A stretch of DNA of 64,000 nucleotides from Heteronotia binoei (taxonomy: Eukaryota), in NCBI RefSeq assembly GCF_032191835.1, contig NC_083241.1, positions 36,022,001 through 36,086,000 on the forward strand, given 5' to 3'. A program made the translations under genes and the position numbers. The notes beneath the pieces were generated by a model, which saw only the letters and a list, made by a program, of their open reading frames with translations, searched no databases and had not been told where the DNA came from. Positions 45,393 through 57,241 of this stretch are shown piece by piece. The stretch's first letter is position 1; the number at the start of each line of letters is the position of its first letter.

Positions 45393-47323
45393 CTTTCTGG
45401 TAGCACGCATCACCGTCCCCACTTCTTCTTCGTCTATCTACCTCCGCCCATTCCTGTCAGCCTGGGAGTCCATCTCTATGGACAGGTGGGCGCTTTCCAT
45501 CGTCATGGAAGGCTACAAAATAGATTTTGCTCAGATTCCAAACCAATCTGTGGTAATCACCACACACCCTTCCCCACCTCTGCTGGCGGAGGTGAGCAAC
45601 CTCCTACAGAAACACGCCATAGGACGGGTCCTGGTGGAGGCCAGGACGGGAGGCTTCTACTCTTGTTACTTCCTGGTTCCCAAGCAGGACGGGGGTTTGA
45701 GACCAATCATGGACCTTCGGAATCTGAACAAGTTTATTCTGTATCAGAAGTTCAGAATGTCCACTCTGCAAACAATTCTGCCCCTCATCAACCAAGGGGA
45801 CTGGATGGCAAAGCTGGACCTCAAGGATGCCTACTTCCACATCAGCATCCATCCTGCGTTCAAATGTTTCCTTCGGTTTGCAGTAGGTTCTCAACACTTC
45901 CAGTTCAAGTCCCTTCCGTTCAGCCTGTCCACTGCACCTCGGGTGTTCACGAAGATGATGAGCGTTGTGGCTGCCCACCTCCGGCTTCAAGGGATAGTCG
46001 TCTTTCCATACATCGACGATTGGCTCCTTGTGGCGGAGTCGAAGGAAAGTTTGTCAAACCATATTGCCACCACTCTTCGTCTTCTTCACACCTTGGGTCT
46101 GCAGGTCAATTTGGAGAAATCACACCTTACTCCATCACAGACAGTTCAGTTCATAGGGGCTTTGCTGGATACAAACCTTCATCGCGCTTTCCTGCATTAG
46201 CAGAGAGCGATGGACATTATCAACCTTGTCAAACTTCTGCAGAGTTGAAAGTGGGGCACGGCGCAGCAGCTGCAGCAGATGCTGGGGCTGATGGCGGCGA
46301 CTACAAGCGTGCTGATCTTTGCAAAGCTGAGGATGAGAGGCCTACAGCTTTGGTTTCTTCGTCAGTTTCGACCGTTAAGGGACTCACCTCGAAAGAGGTT
46401 TGCAATTCCACCTGTGACACTTCAAACACTGCAGTGGTGGAAATCAAAGGACAACATTTGTCAGGGAGCTCCCTTCCACCTACCTGTACCAACAGTGACG
46501 ATCACAACAGATGAGTCTTTATGGGGTTGGGGGGCCCACATGGACGCTCTGTTTGTGGGGGGCCCTTGGCCTTTGAAATTGACTCATTGCCATATAAGTT
46601 ACCTGGAATTGCTGGCAGTTCATTTTGCTCTTCAATCCTTCCCACCCCATGGTGGCGGGGAAGGTTGTTGCTCTGCTTACGGACAATACCACTACCCTTT
46701 GTTACATCAACAGACAGGGAGGGACAGTTTCTCGACGGCTCTGTGCGCTGGCACTGGAACTGTGGTCGGAGTGCCTGGACCACAACATATTTGTGAAGGC
46801 AGCGCATCTCCCAGGGGTGCTCAACCTGCAAGCAGACTCCCTCAGCAGGGGTGCGGCTTCCCCGTACGAGTGGGAGATACAGTGGCGCTTCCTTCAACTC
46901 GTGTTTCAGCTCTGGGGGTATCCTCAGGTGGACGTCTTTGCCACAGCCGAGAACCGGAAGTGTCCTCTGTTCTGCTCCAGAGGGGGCTCGGATCCAGAGT
47001 CGTTGGGAGACGGTCTGCTGTTCCCGAGGAAAGGTCGGTTCCTATATCTGTTCCCACCTCTGCCACTATTGACAAGGGTGGTCAACAAGATCGCAAGAGA
47101 GAGACCATGCTGCATCCTGGTGACTCCGTGGTGGCCTCGGAAGAACTGGTTCCCGATCTTGCTCCAACTGGTGAGGGGGGTGTTCTACCAGTTTCTGGCG
47201 GAACTGGATCTTCTGTTAGTTAAGGACGGTCATGTATTCCATCACAACGTGCCCCACCTGAAGCTGACAGCGTGGTTCATCGACCCTGTGAGTTCTCCAG
47301 CAGAGTCCAACACGTTTTCCTGA
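45388..47323 (+). pseudogene. DIRS copy B pol (RT/RNase H/MT)
   Basis: KQDGGLRPIMDLR, FPYIDDWLL (YxDD intact), TDNTT, DVFAT and YLFPP. Stops at 46198 and 46246, frameshift near 46640. Confidence 0.9.
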
Positions 47324-48308
47324 ATAGCAGGAAGCTGTCTACCCGCGCTTCTTATGATAGGAAGTGGCGGAAGTTTCTTCAGTTTTTAGTTGATCCTACA
47401 GTTTCGCCCCAGAGGGTGGGACTGCTGGTTATTTTTGAGTTTTTGTTATCTCTGGTGGATGCTGGCCTTGTTTTTTCCTCCATTAAAGTTTATCTGGCGG
47501 CAATATTTGCATTCCATGAACCAGTGGAGGGGCATTCAGTTTTTGCACACCCTCATTCTAAGAGATTTTTGAAGGGTTTGCTTAAGCTTCATCCTCCTTC
47601 GAGATCACCCCCACAGTTGTGGGATTTGACTCTAGTGTTGGACAGGCTGACTCGGCGTCCTTTTGAGCTGATGGCCACATGCTCGTTACAGCTCCTATCT
47701 TGGAAGACTGCTTTTTGGTAGCCATCACATCAGCACGCCATGCAGGGGAGCTCACGGCTATGTGTTGTGACTACCCATATTTAGCTTTTCAGGAGTCTGG
47801 AGTGTCCTTAGCTCCTGATATTTCCTTTCTCCCCAAGGTGGTTTCTCAGTTCCACCTTAACTTAGAAGTTTGGTTGCCCACGTTTTATCCTACACCTTCC
47901 TCGGATGAGGAACATAGGTTGCATGCTTTAGATGTTAAGCATGCCTTATTGTTTTATTTGAGTCGCTCCAAGAGTTTTCGTAAGGACCAGCATCTTTTTG
48001 TTTCTTATGCTGCTCCTAAGTTAGGTTCCAGAATCTCGTTTCAGCGGCTTTCAAAATGGCTCACTAAGACTATTAAACTGTGTTACTTGATGGCTAAGAA
48101 GCCGTTACCTGGGCCTATTCGTGGACACTCTACAAGAGCGATGGCGACGTCGGTGGCGTTCCTGAAAGGCGTTTCTCTGACGGATGTTTGCAAGGCTGCC
48201 ACCTGGTCCTCTCCGCATACCTTTATGAAGCACTACGTGCTGGACGTGCATGCTCAACAGAGGACTCGTCTGGGAGCTGCGGTGCTGCAAGCTGTTTCTT
48301 CCGGTTGA
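47272..48308 (+). pseudogene. DIRS copy B tyrosine recombinase
   Basis: Homologous to copy A YR (GHSTRAM, ATWSSPHTF, KHY). Frameshift near 47715. SARHAGEL has lost the Arg expected before (V/A)GEL. Confidence 0.9.
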
Positions 48309-49108
48309 CCGTCTTCCCGCCTCCAGGTATGTCTTGCTTGCTAATGTCCCATGAGTGTGAAGCACAGAGACCACGAAGAAGATAGACAGGTTGCTTACCT
48401 GTAACTGTAGATCTTCAAGTGGTCATCTGCGCATTCACACTACCCGCCCTCCTTCCCCACTGCTGACGGTCCCCCTCCAGTAGGGGCTTCCAGCGGTCAG
48501 GAAGGAACTGGCGGGATCCTTGCGCTGGCGCCGGTGAGCATGCGCACTGGGATGCCCACGCATGCCCATTGGTGCCGAGCGCAAAAAAATCCCGGGCTTT
48601 TTAGGTACCAATTCGGGGATCGGCGCAAGCACTCTATCCCATGAGTGTGAATGTACAGATGACCACTCGAAGATCTACAGTTACAGGTAAGCAACCTGTC
48701 TATCTGCCTTATAATATGGGCATATGAAAAACATGTGCTCTGTAGTCAACCTCAATTAACGGGTAAGTACAGAGCCTTTCTGTGTGTGTTGTATGTTGCT
48801 TACGACGACACTCTGTATTAATGATCCCCAAAATTTCTTTGACAGCCTTGCTCAGATCCTGCAACTGAGTCGATCCATCTCCCGGTGGGCCTCCCTCTTT
48901 TCTACTGCCTGCAACTTTTCTGTGATTGGTTTTTCCAGCAAGCCTTCTCAACTTTAAACAGGACATCTTTCTCATATGCACCTCCAACATTTCTTTCTTT
49001 CCTCCCGCCATCTAAAATATTTTCATAACACTTCTTCTATGCATGAAGCAGCTTCTAGAAATATATAGCAAATTCAAAGACATTATCATCTAGAAACTAC
49101 TTAAGATG

Positions 49109-50540
49109 ACGCTTCCATCCTAGACCCTTGCCAGTCCGGCTTTCGTCCAGGTCACGGGACGGAGACAGTGCTGGTCGCCTTGGCAGATGACCTCCAGCGG
49201 CATCTGGATCGAGGTGGTGTGGCGGTGCTGATGCTGTTAGATCTGTCGGCTGCGTTCGACACGGTCGACCATCGGCTACTGACTCGCTGACGTAGGGGTT
49301 AGGGGGTCAGCTTTACAATGGCTCTCCTCCTTCCTCGAGGGTCAGGGACAAAGGGTGGCAATCGGGGATGAGCTGTCCCAGAGGCGTACACTAGATTGTG
49401 GGATGCCTCAGGGAGCAGTTCTCTCACCGATGCTATTTAATATCTATATGCGCCCCCTTGCCCAGATTTCCCGGAGGCATGGGCTTGGGTGTCACCAATA
49501 TGCAGATGACACCCAGCTCTATCTGCTAATGGATGGCCAGCCTGACTGCGTCCCAGGGAATTTGGACCTGGCACTGCAGGTCGTGGCAACTTGGCTAAGG
49601 CTGAGTGGGTTGAAGCTGAATCCAACGAAGACAGAAGTCCTTTGCGTGGGTCGGGGCGCTTTGGGGAGGGAAATACCTCTCCCGGTTTTTGACGGGTCAA
49701 AAGCTTGGGAGTTCTACTGGAGCCTTCACTATCAATGGAGGCCCATATAGCAGCCACTGCTAAGTCAGCCTTCTTTCACCTAAGGCCGGCAAGGCAGTTG
49801 GCCCCCTTCCTAGAGCATCAGGACCTAGCAACAGTGATTCATGCAACGGTCACCTCGAGATTGGATTACTGCAATGCTCTCTACATGGGGCTGCCTCTGT
49901 GCCGAACCCGGAAGCTGCAGCTGGTGCAGAACGCGGCGGCTAGGCTGTTATTGGGGCCCCCAAAATGGGAGCACGTACAGCCAGGGCTGTGCGGACTGCA
50001 CTGGTTGCCAGTTACATACCGGAGTCATTACAAAGTGCTGGTTATTACCTTTAAAGCCCTATATGGCCGAGGACCTGCCTACCTGAGGGACCGTCTTTCC
50101 CCATATGAACCCCAAAGATCACTGAGGTCAGCAGGGAAGAACCAACTGACTATCCCTGCGCCGAAGGAGGCAAAACTACAGAGCACTCGCACGCGGGCCT
50201 TCTCTGTTGTAGCTCCACACCTATGGAACCAGCTCCCGGAAGAAGTGCGGGCCCTGCGGGACTTTGAACAGTTTTGCAGGGCCTGCAAGACCATCCTCTT
50301 TGGGATGGCCTTCACCGATTAAAAAGATAGAGGGACCTGCCTAAGTGACTTTCACCATCTGTTGAAATAGCACCAGAATGTTAATTTTAGTAATTTTAGA
50401 ATCTTAATTAAACTGTTAAACTAGCTATTGCTTTTAAATATTTATTGTATAATTTACTGTATTTGATTTGATGTTGTTAGCCGCCCTTAGCCTGCTTCGG
50501 CGGGGAGGGCGGGATATAAATAAAATGATTGATTGATTGA
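49109..50540 (+). mobile_element. 5'-truncated L2-clade LINE (RT C-terminal half + 3' UTR)
   Basis: QSGFRPGHGTET, LDLSAAFDTVDH, PQGAVLSP, QYADDTQ and SRLDYCN motifs with frameshifts. (ATTG)n tail. Direct repeat TTAAGATG at 49101-49108 and 50541-50548. Confidence 0.9.
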
Positions 50541-50778
50541 TTAAGATGGTAGATATTTTTTCCGTATAAATCAGGCAGCTATTCATGCCCAGTAGATCAA
50601 GAGCAAGCCAGCCCATCACTTTAAAGCTATCAGTACATTCTGGCCCATAACATTCTGCTGCCCTGACCCGAATGGCCCAGGCTAGCCCAGTCTCATCTCA
50701 GAAGCAAAGTAGGGTCAGCCCCAGACAATACCTGCATGAGTGACATCTAATGAAGTCTAAGGCTGCTATGCAGAGATA

Positions 50779-51060
50779 AAGGTAAAGGTAGTCCCCTGTG
50801 CAAGCGCCAGTTCTTCCCGACTCTGGGGTGATGTTGCTTTCACAACTTTTTACAGGATGGTTTGCCGTTGCCTCCCCAGTCATCTTCACTTTCCTCCCAG
50901 CAAGCTGGGGACTCATTTGACCGACCTCGGAAGGATGGAAGGCTGAGTCCACCTTGAGTCGGCTACCTGAACCCAGCTTCTGCCAGGATTGAACTCAGGT
51001 TGTGAGCAGAGAGCTTGAACTGCAGTACTGCAGCTTTACCATTCTGCGCCACTGGGCTCT
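50779..51060 (-). mobile_element. Sauria SINE, near full length, inserted in a 5S-headed SINE
   Basis: (ACCTTT)n tail and tRNA-like head. 12-bp TSD TATGCAGAGATA (50767-78, 51061-72). Confidence 0.88.
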
Positions 51061-52353
51061 TATGCAGAGATAGACAATGACGAATCATATCTGTATGTCT
51101 CTTGCCCTGAACTCGATGGTCCAGGCTAGCCCAATCTCATATCTCAGAAGCTCAGTCTCATCAGAGCTCAAAACCTAAGCAGGCCAGCCCTGGTTAGTAC
51201 TTGGATGGGAGACCACCAAGGAAGCCCAGGGCTGTGATGCAGAGGCAGGCAATGGGAAAACCACTTCTGCTCGTTTCTTGCCTTGGAAAAGCTCCACAGG
51301 GTCACCATACGTTGGCAGCAGCTCGATGGTACTTCTGTCTCACAAGACTCCTCAGAAATGCCCCTTGAAATAGAGTTGCAGTGTGAAGCTGGAGATCAGC
51401 CAGGGAGGGCTGAAATGGCTTAACATCACTAGTCCATCTGTCATCCTCAAGTACACTTTAATGAGCAGTCACTAAGCTTACTCTGTATGCCGTTGAATTT
51501 TTTCATAGAGATGGATGAAACTCTTGTTTTGTGGCATTTTTCTCCCCTCTCTCCATATACATAACTCCTGGCTGAGACTTCATTTCATGCATCTAAGGAA
51601 ATGGGCTCTAAAGCTCAGGCTTCAGTCAATCATTTAGTCCTCAAGCCAGTATTGTGTAGGGATTAGAGTATCAGGGAGACCCAAGTTCAAATCCCTGCTC
51701 TGCCAAGAAAGCTCGTTGGGTGACCTTGGGCTGCTCACACAGTCTAACCTACCTCACATGGTCCTTGCGAGGATATAAAGGAAGAGAGAATGACATAAGC
51801 CACTTTGAGTCCTCATTAGGGAGAAAGGTGAGACATAAAAGTAAATAGATAAGGAGCCTCAAGGTTTCTTTTTGTATTTTCTTTTTCTTCTTGTAAGAAT
51901 TTAGGGGAAGGGTCTTTGGCTGTTGTGGCCCTTAAAACTCCCTGACTTTTTGTATCAGTCTTGGAAGGTATCTGATGGATTTAGCAGGTGTCTGGTGACT
52001 TTTCCTCAGATCAGTGTGGCTCTGCAATGGTCTGTTAATTCTACCAATGTTAGATGATGCTAGCTTTTTATTTTTAGTCTGTTTTATATCGTCAGGCACT
52101 CTCAGTGAGTGGCAAACACAACCTGAGAATTCTTTAGTGCTTCCGTCAGAGCATATCCTTTGTCAGCATTGGAAACCCATCCCAGCTCCGCTGCTGTTCT
52201 CAACTTCTTGGCCAGACCGAGAGTCATGCAGTTGCATTGAAACTGAATTCCATTGTATCTGTAAAGGTATTCCATTATATCTGCAAATCTCTGCCCTCTG
52301 CTGTTCCTTGTGGGGATTTACTGTTAAAAATCAGGCGTGGGGGGGGGGGGCAC

Positions 52354-52635
52354 GAAGAGAAGAAGACTGCAGATTTATACCCCGCCCTTCTTTCTGAATC
52401 AGAGTCTCAGAGCGGCTTACAATCTCCTATATCTTCTCCCCCCACAACAGACACCCTGTGAGGTGGGTGGGACTGAGAGGGCTCTCACTGCAGCTGCCCT
52501 TTCAACGACAACTCCCTGTGATAGCTATGGCTGACCCAAGGCCATGCTAGCAGGTGCAAGTGGAGGAGTGGGGAATCAAACCCGGTTCTCCCAGATAAGA
52601 GTCTGCACACTTAACCACTACACCAAACTGGCTCT
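52354..52635 (-). mobile_element. Squam3-like SINE
   Basis: Colinear with 6578-6862. Confidence 0.85.
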
Positions 52636-52989
52636 CTCCTGTATCTAAAAATGATAGTAAAACACCCTGGACCTGGATAATCCAGGCAAGCTCGATCTTG
52701 TCAGACCTCAGAAGCTACGCAGGGCTGACCCTGGCAAGTACTTTGATGGGAGACCTCCAAGGGCTGGAACGCAGAGGCAGGCGATAGCAAGCCACCTCTC
52801 TGAAATGTCCCAACCCCACAAGGGGTTGCCAGAAGCCAACTATGACTTCCAGGTGTGCTTGCTCGTTCACACACACACAGAGTGGCTGTCCCCTCCACAA
52901 AATACAGAAACAGCAAAATAAAGCTGAGAGTAAACCATGATAATAAAACAAGGGAAACGAAGAAGCAAGAACAAAGTGCTATGGAAGAT

Positions 52990-53720
52990 CATTCACCAAA
53001 TCACGCAACTAGTTGGTGCACATTTTTGATAGTTAGGTATGAGTTTACAAATATGGGAATATTGGTGTAATAACAGATGCCTTCTAAAAAGATTGCCCGT
53101 GTATAAAATATATTTCTACTTCATATATCTCGACCCTTATTAATCCTCATAGTCCTTTGAGATACGTGGTGATAGGATATGCTGCGGAGGTGGAATTGAC
53201 ATAATGGGGCCCAAAGTCCATCAGAAAATCCATAGTTGATCTGGGGTTTAAACCCTGGCAACCTCCCAAGTCTAAGCCCAAATTTCTGCTGTAGCACTTC
53301 CTTGTAGCAGTCTCAGTTATGGAAATTTGACGGTGTTTGATCCAAAATTTCCAAAAAGTCTGGTTCAGTGGATGAGTTAAAGCTTTGACTCCTATAATGT
53401 CATGTAATGGCTTATATGTCCCCACAAACTGCAGTTTGTTAAAGAACTGCAGTTGGTTAAAGTTCTCTAATTCAGACATTGGGACAAGTTGCAGTTATAA
53501 ACTAAGGGCTTCCCATTTTAGGGAATCTTCTGTTGGAGGAGGACCAGGAGGGAAGAGGGGGAACATGGCTTATTCCTAACATCTGAATGCAGTAATTGTT
53601 TTTTTCCAGAAATGAACATCAAAATCTGGTTCATTAAATGTGGTCCAAGATTATGAAGGAGCATAGCCAAAACCATGGACTTAATCAGGTGGCTTGAAGA
53701 ATTGTTTGACCTTTCTTCAG
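52990..53720 (-). mobile_element. old, decayed L1-like ORF2 fragment
   Basis: Fragmentary peptides (LKKGQTILQAT, TFWKFWIK, C-terminal C..W-like remnant) resemble L1 ORF2 across frameshifts. Weak, by-eye call. Confidence 0.45.
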
Positions 53721-54831
53721 GCATTTGCTGCTGTTGTGGTTTAGGTGCACAAAGAACCTATCAGAGACGGGAATCCTTTAGTTGGGGAAAACAAGAGAGT
53801 GCTGTGGTCTCCCAGGTGTTTCCCAGCCTTGGCACTTGAAAAGCAGCTGTGCCGTCAGCATGTTTGTTTCACATCATGACAAAGTTGTGCGTGTACAGTA
53901 AGCAGAGTGGCTGTCCCCTCCACAAAAGTTCTCATTCTTTGCTTGAACAATCCAGTTGTGCAGTTAAAGTGCAACTCAGACAAATAAGAACATAAGAAGA
54001 AGCCATGTTGGATCAGGCCAGTGGCCCATCCAGTCCAACACTCTGTGTCACACAGTGGCCAAAAAACCCCAAGTGCCATCAGGAGGTCCACCAGTAAGGC
54101 CAGGACACTAGAAGCCCTCCCACTGTTGCCCCCAAGCACCCAGAATACAGAGCATCATGTGCCCCAGACAGAGAGTTCCAATGATAAGCTGTGGCTAATA
54201 GCCACTGATGGACCTCTGCTCCATAGCTCTGCCCTGAAATACATTTGAGTACACTTTACTGAATTTGGCGTCTATCATCCTGACATTGGGAGTGGGGGAG
54301 GATGGAGGTGAAAGGGTGCTGAATCCAGAGCTACGAGATGTCTGTGTGATAAGGAGTGGGAAAGGTGAGATATGGAACTAAAGCCCTGACCACTGGAAGA
54401 TCCCCCCACTCTTGCAGTGCTGTCCTAAGCGAGTCTGTTCAGTGATACTTCCTCCTAAGACCCTTTTCTAGACTTGCATGGTTGGTCACTGGACTTTCAG
54501 CAAACTTTACGCAAGACACCTCACATGCAACCATGTGGGTAATTGATTAGGGACTGGTCAGTCCTGCTGTTTATAGCTTATTTTAAAGTAGGATCCCATT
54601 ATGTAATTTTGCACCATTTAACATGTCATGTTAACACTTGTGTTCTGTTTCAGTTCTTTCTGGTTGGTTCCCGGGTTCTGCAATCCTGCAGCCTTGGTTA
54701 TTGAATGTCCCATTTTGTTGATTGTGCTGACTCAGTACACGTAATCTGCCTCGAAACCCTGTGAGAAAGGTGGACTAGACATCTTGTAAATAAACACAAA
54801 TAATTCACGAAAGCTTACACTATGGCGCATC

Positions 54832-55177
54832 TAAGGTTGCCAGGTCCCCTTGTCGCTCCAGTGGGGGGGATTCAGGGGGGGTTCTGAGATGTGCCCTACA
54901 TGATGATATCTCCCAGAAGTGATATCATCACGTCAGGGGCATTGCACAGTGACACTCTAGTTTTTGGACAAAGCTCTATGGTAAAACCAGCTTCAAACCA
55001 TTGAGTTTTGCCCTCAAACCAGAGCATCACTGCACAGTGTCCCCCAATGTGATGGCATCACTTCCGGGTGATGCCATTGTGTCAGGGACGTCATGCAGTG
55101 ACATCGCTGTTGGAGGGTGGGGAGAAGCCCTGAAAACTGGGGGGACCCCCACCAGGACTTGGGGACTGGCAACCCTA
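54832..55177. mobile_element. Blackjack-like MITE
   Basis: TAAGGTTGCCAG / CTGGCAACCCTA TIRs. Confidence 0.75.
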
Positions 55178-55595
55178 AACACATCTGTCCCTCTTGAAGT
55201 CCCCACGAGACCCTGCTTTTGACAGTGACTGACTGAGATGGGCATACCTCTAAAAAAGAAATGTGTGCCTTGTTATATGTGAAAGCTCAGATTCAGCAGA
55301 GATGTCAGGCTTTGTTCCAGGTAGAAAGTTCCGTGCTTAAAGGACAAAGCTATGGGGATATGAACTAATACAGTTATGCACATTATTCATTCCTGTGATA
55401 GTCCTTTTTGGGCTTCTGTAGCTTTAAAAAGTGTAACAGGGAAAAGAGCACTAGAACACAGTGGTTGCGAAAAAGAAAATGGACATGAGAGCTGCCAAAG
55501 ATTATTCTCTCCTTCCTTTATTTTCTGTAATAGTTGATTCGTTTGGCAGGTCAGGCCAAAGATTGTTCTCTCTGTTTCGCATGGAACTGCAAAGG

Positions 55596-55830
55596 GGTAG
55601 CTGTGTTTAAGTTTGCTGTAGCAAAATAAAACAAAAAAACCAGTGGCGTCTTAAAGAGGAACAACTGTGTATTTCAGCATGAGCTTTTGTGTGTCGTAGC
55701 ACACTTCCCCAGATATGTGGAAGGAGGTATGTGGAGGGACATAACCCTGAGATCTGTGAAATCCCTCCCCGTATTTCCCTCTGCATATCTGATGAAGAGA
55801 GTGGCAGCCCTCAAGCAAAGGCATTTCAAG
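55596..55830. mobile_element. Penelope pseudo-LTR remnants in inverted arrangement
   Basis: Minus-strand CTGGGGAAGTGTGCTACGACACACAAAAGCTCATGC and plus-strand ATCTGATGAAGAGAG...CCCTC resemble decayed Penelope hammerhead regions. Confidence 0.55.
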
Positions 55831-56662
55831 GGGAAATTACAATGGGAGATGGCTGAACTTTTGAGTTCATTCAGGAGTTCAGAACAATTATATTACCTTA
55901 CTACAGTTGCTGATTTTCATCCCCCTCTGCTCTTATCAAGCTGATTACAATACGCATAGTACCTCTGCATCCTTTACAAGCCCTCTTTACAACACCCTTC
56001 CCATCTTCTGACTAGGAGAAAAGGACTCGGAGATCTCCATTCCAACTCTTGTCGGGTGAAGGGATCCTGGCCTGGGCAGCCCAGGCTAATCTGATCTCAT
56101 CAGGTCTTGGAAGCTAAACAGGTTAGGCCTTGGTTAGTTTTTGGGTGGGAGACTTCCAAGGAGTACCTGGGCCGTAATGTAGTGGCAGGCAACAGCAAAC
56201 CGCCTCTGAATGTCTCTTGCCTTGAAAACCCTACTGGGTCACCATAAGTCAGTTGTGACTTGATGGCACTTGGCGCTACTACCGCCACTGACAAACGGGC
56301 AAATTAACAGTTAGGCCAAGTAGGCACTAGCCTATAGGCCCCCATACCTTTAGGGGCCCCGGGCGGCTTTTTCCCCTGGTTTTCCCCCCTGGTTGCAACC
56401 CTCCTAGCCTGCACGTGTAGCCAGCAACTGAGCCACCCTTTGCCTGACCTGCCTGGTGCAGCTGATGCTGGCGTTGTCGCCAAGTTTGCCTCTCTCTGCC
56501 TCTCCTCCGCAGCTTTGGCAAAGAGGATTTTGAGAAGGTGCCTGCAGGCTGCAGTAGGGACCACAGCTGACGGAGTGGCCGCTCCAATTCCGAGATAATC
56601 CGCGAGGAGGCCCCCAAGATTTTGACTGCCTAGGGACCTCCACAGGGTTTAATCCAGCCCTG

Positions 56663-56746
56663 CTGACGAAGGGAGTTTTGACTCTTGAAAGCTTATACTC
56701 TGAAACTCCTGTTGGTCTCCGAGGCGCTCCTGGATTCAAATTTATC
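56663..56746 (+). mobile_element. Penelope pseudo-LTR fragment with hammerhead core
   Basis: CTGACGA-A-GGGAG-TTTTGA-CTCTT-GAAA-GCTT-ATAC followed by sequence resembling the pLTR at 10759-10870. The 5' strand of stem I is missing. Confidence 0.7.
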
Positions 56747-57086
56747 AGAGGAAGCGAGCTCTGGCTCAGGAAGCTCTCAGTGAAGTCTTTAAGGGGCTGC
56801 TGGACTTTGTTTTATTCAGGTGCAAGTGCCCTCTTCAGGACACAGGCGTCAAGAGGACATGTGAGAATTCCGCAGGCCGACGGCTCAGAATATTCGAACA
56901 AGCAAACCACCTAAGAGAGCTTGATTAGAAGAATGACTAGAAAAGGGCCCGCAGTTCCTTCTGCTCCTGCAGACGTCTGAAGTCTTTCTGTCCTGTTGCT
57001 CTTTACCCATCTTCCTTTCTCTGTCTCTTTTCTTCCTGTACCCCCACCCCCTTCCTCAACCCCCTCCCCCTGTTTTATCTCTTCAG

Positions 57087-57241
57087 ATCTAACTGGCTTA
57101 AACCTTGCTGCGGGAGGCGAGCGGCTGTCTGGCAGGTATTTTTGCTCAGTGCGAGTCTCAACAGTTTCCTGGTAGCCTGTGTAGTATTGGTGGTGATTCT
57201 GCTGACTCTGGAACTCCTAATAGATATAAAGCTCCTCCAGT
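57087..57241 (+). CDS. TMEM266: TMEM266 coding exon (155 nt; GSNWLKPCCGRRAAVWQVFLLSASLNSFLVACVVLVVILLTLELLIDIKLLQ, S1 helix of the voltage-sensor domain)
   Basis: Long pyrimidine tract + CTTCAG acceptor and T|GTGAGT donor. The phase-2 join with the previous exon (GG|A) keeps the frame. Not in the ORF track because it has no start codon. I did not find the next exon inside the window. Confidence 0.95.

Larger units (their letters stand above)
42509..48701 (+). mobile_element. DIRS1-like retrotransposon, full length, more decayed (copy B, different subfamily)
   Basis: ICR 48347-48383 is the reverse complement of 42509-42545. ICR 48384-48441 is the reverse complement of 48644-48701 (3 mismatches). 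ITRs, gag, RT/RH/MT and YR remnants present with several frameshifts. Confidence 0.95.
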
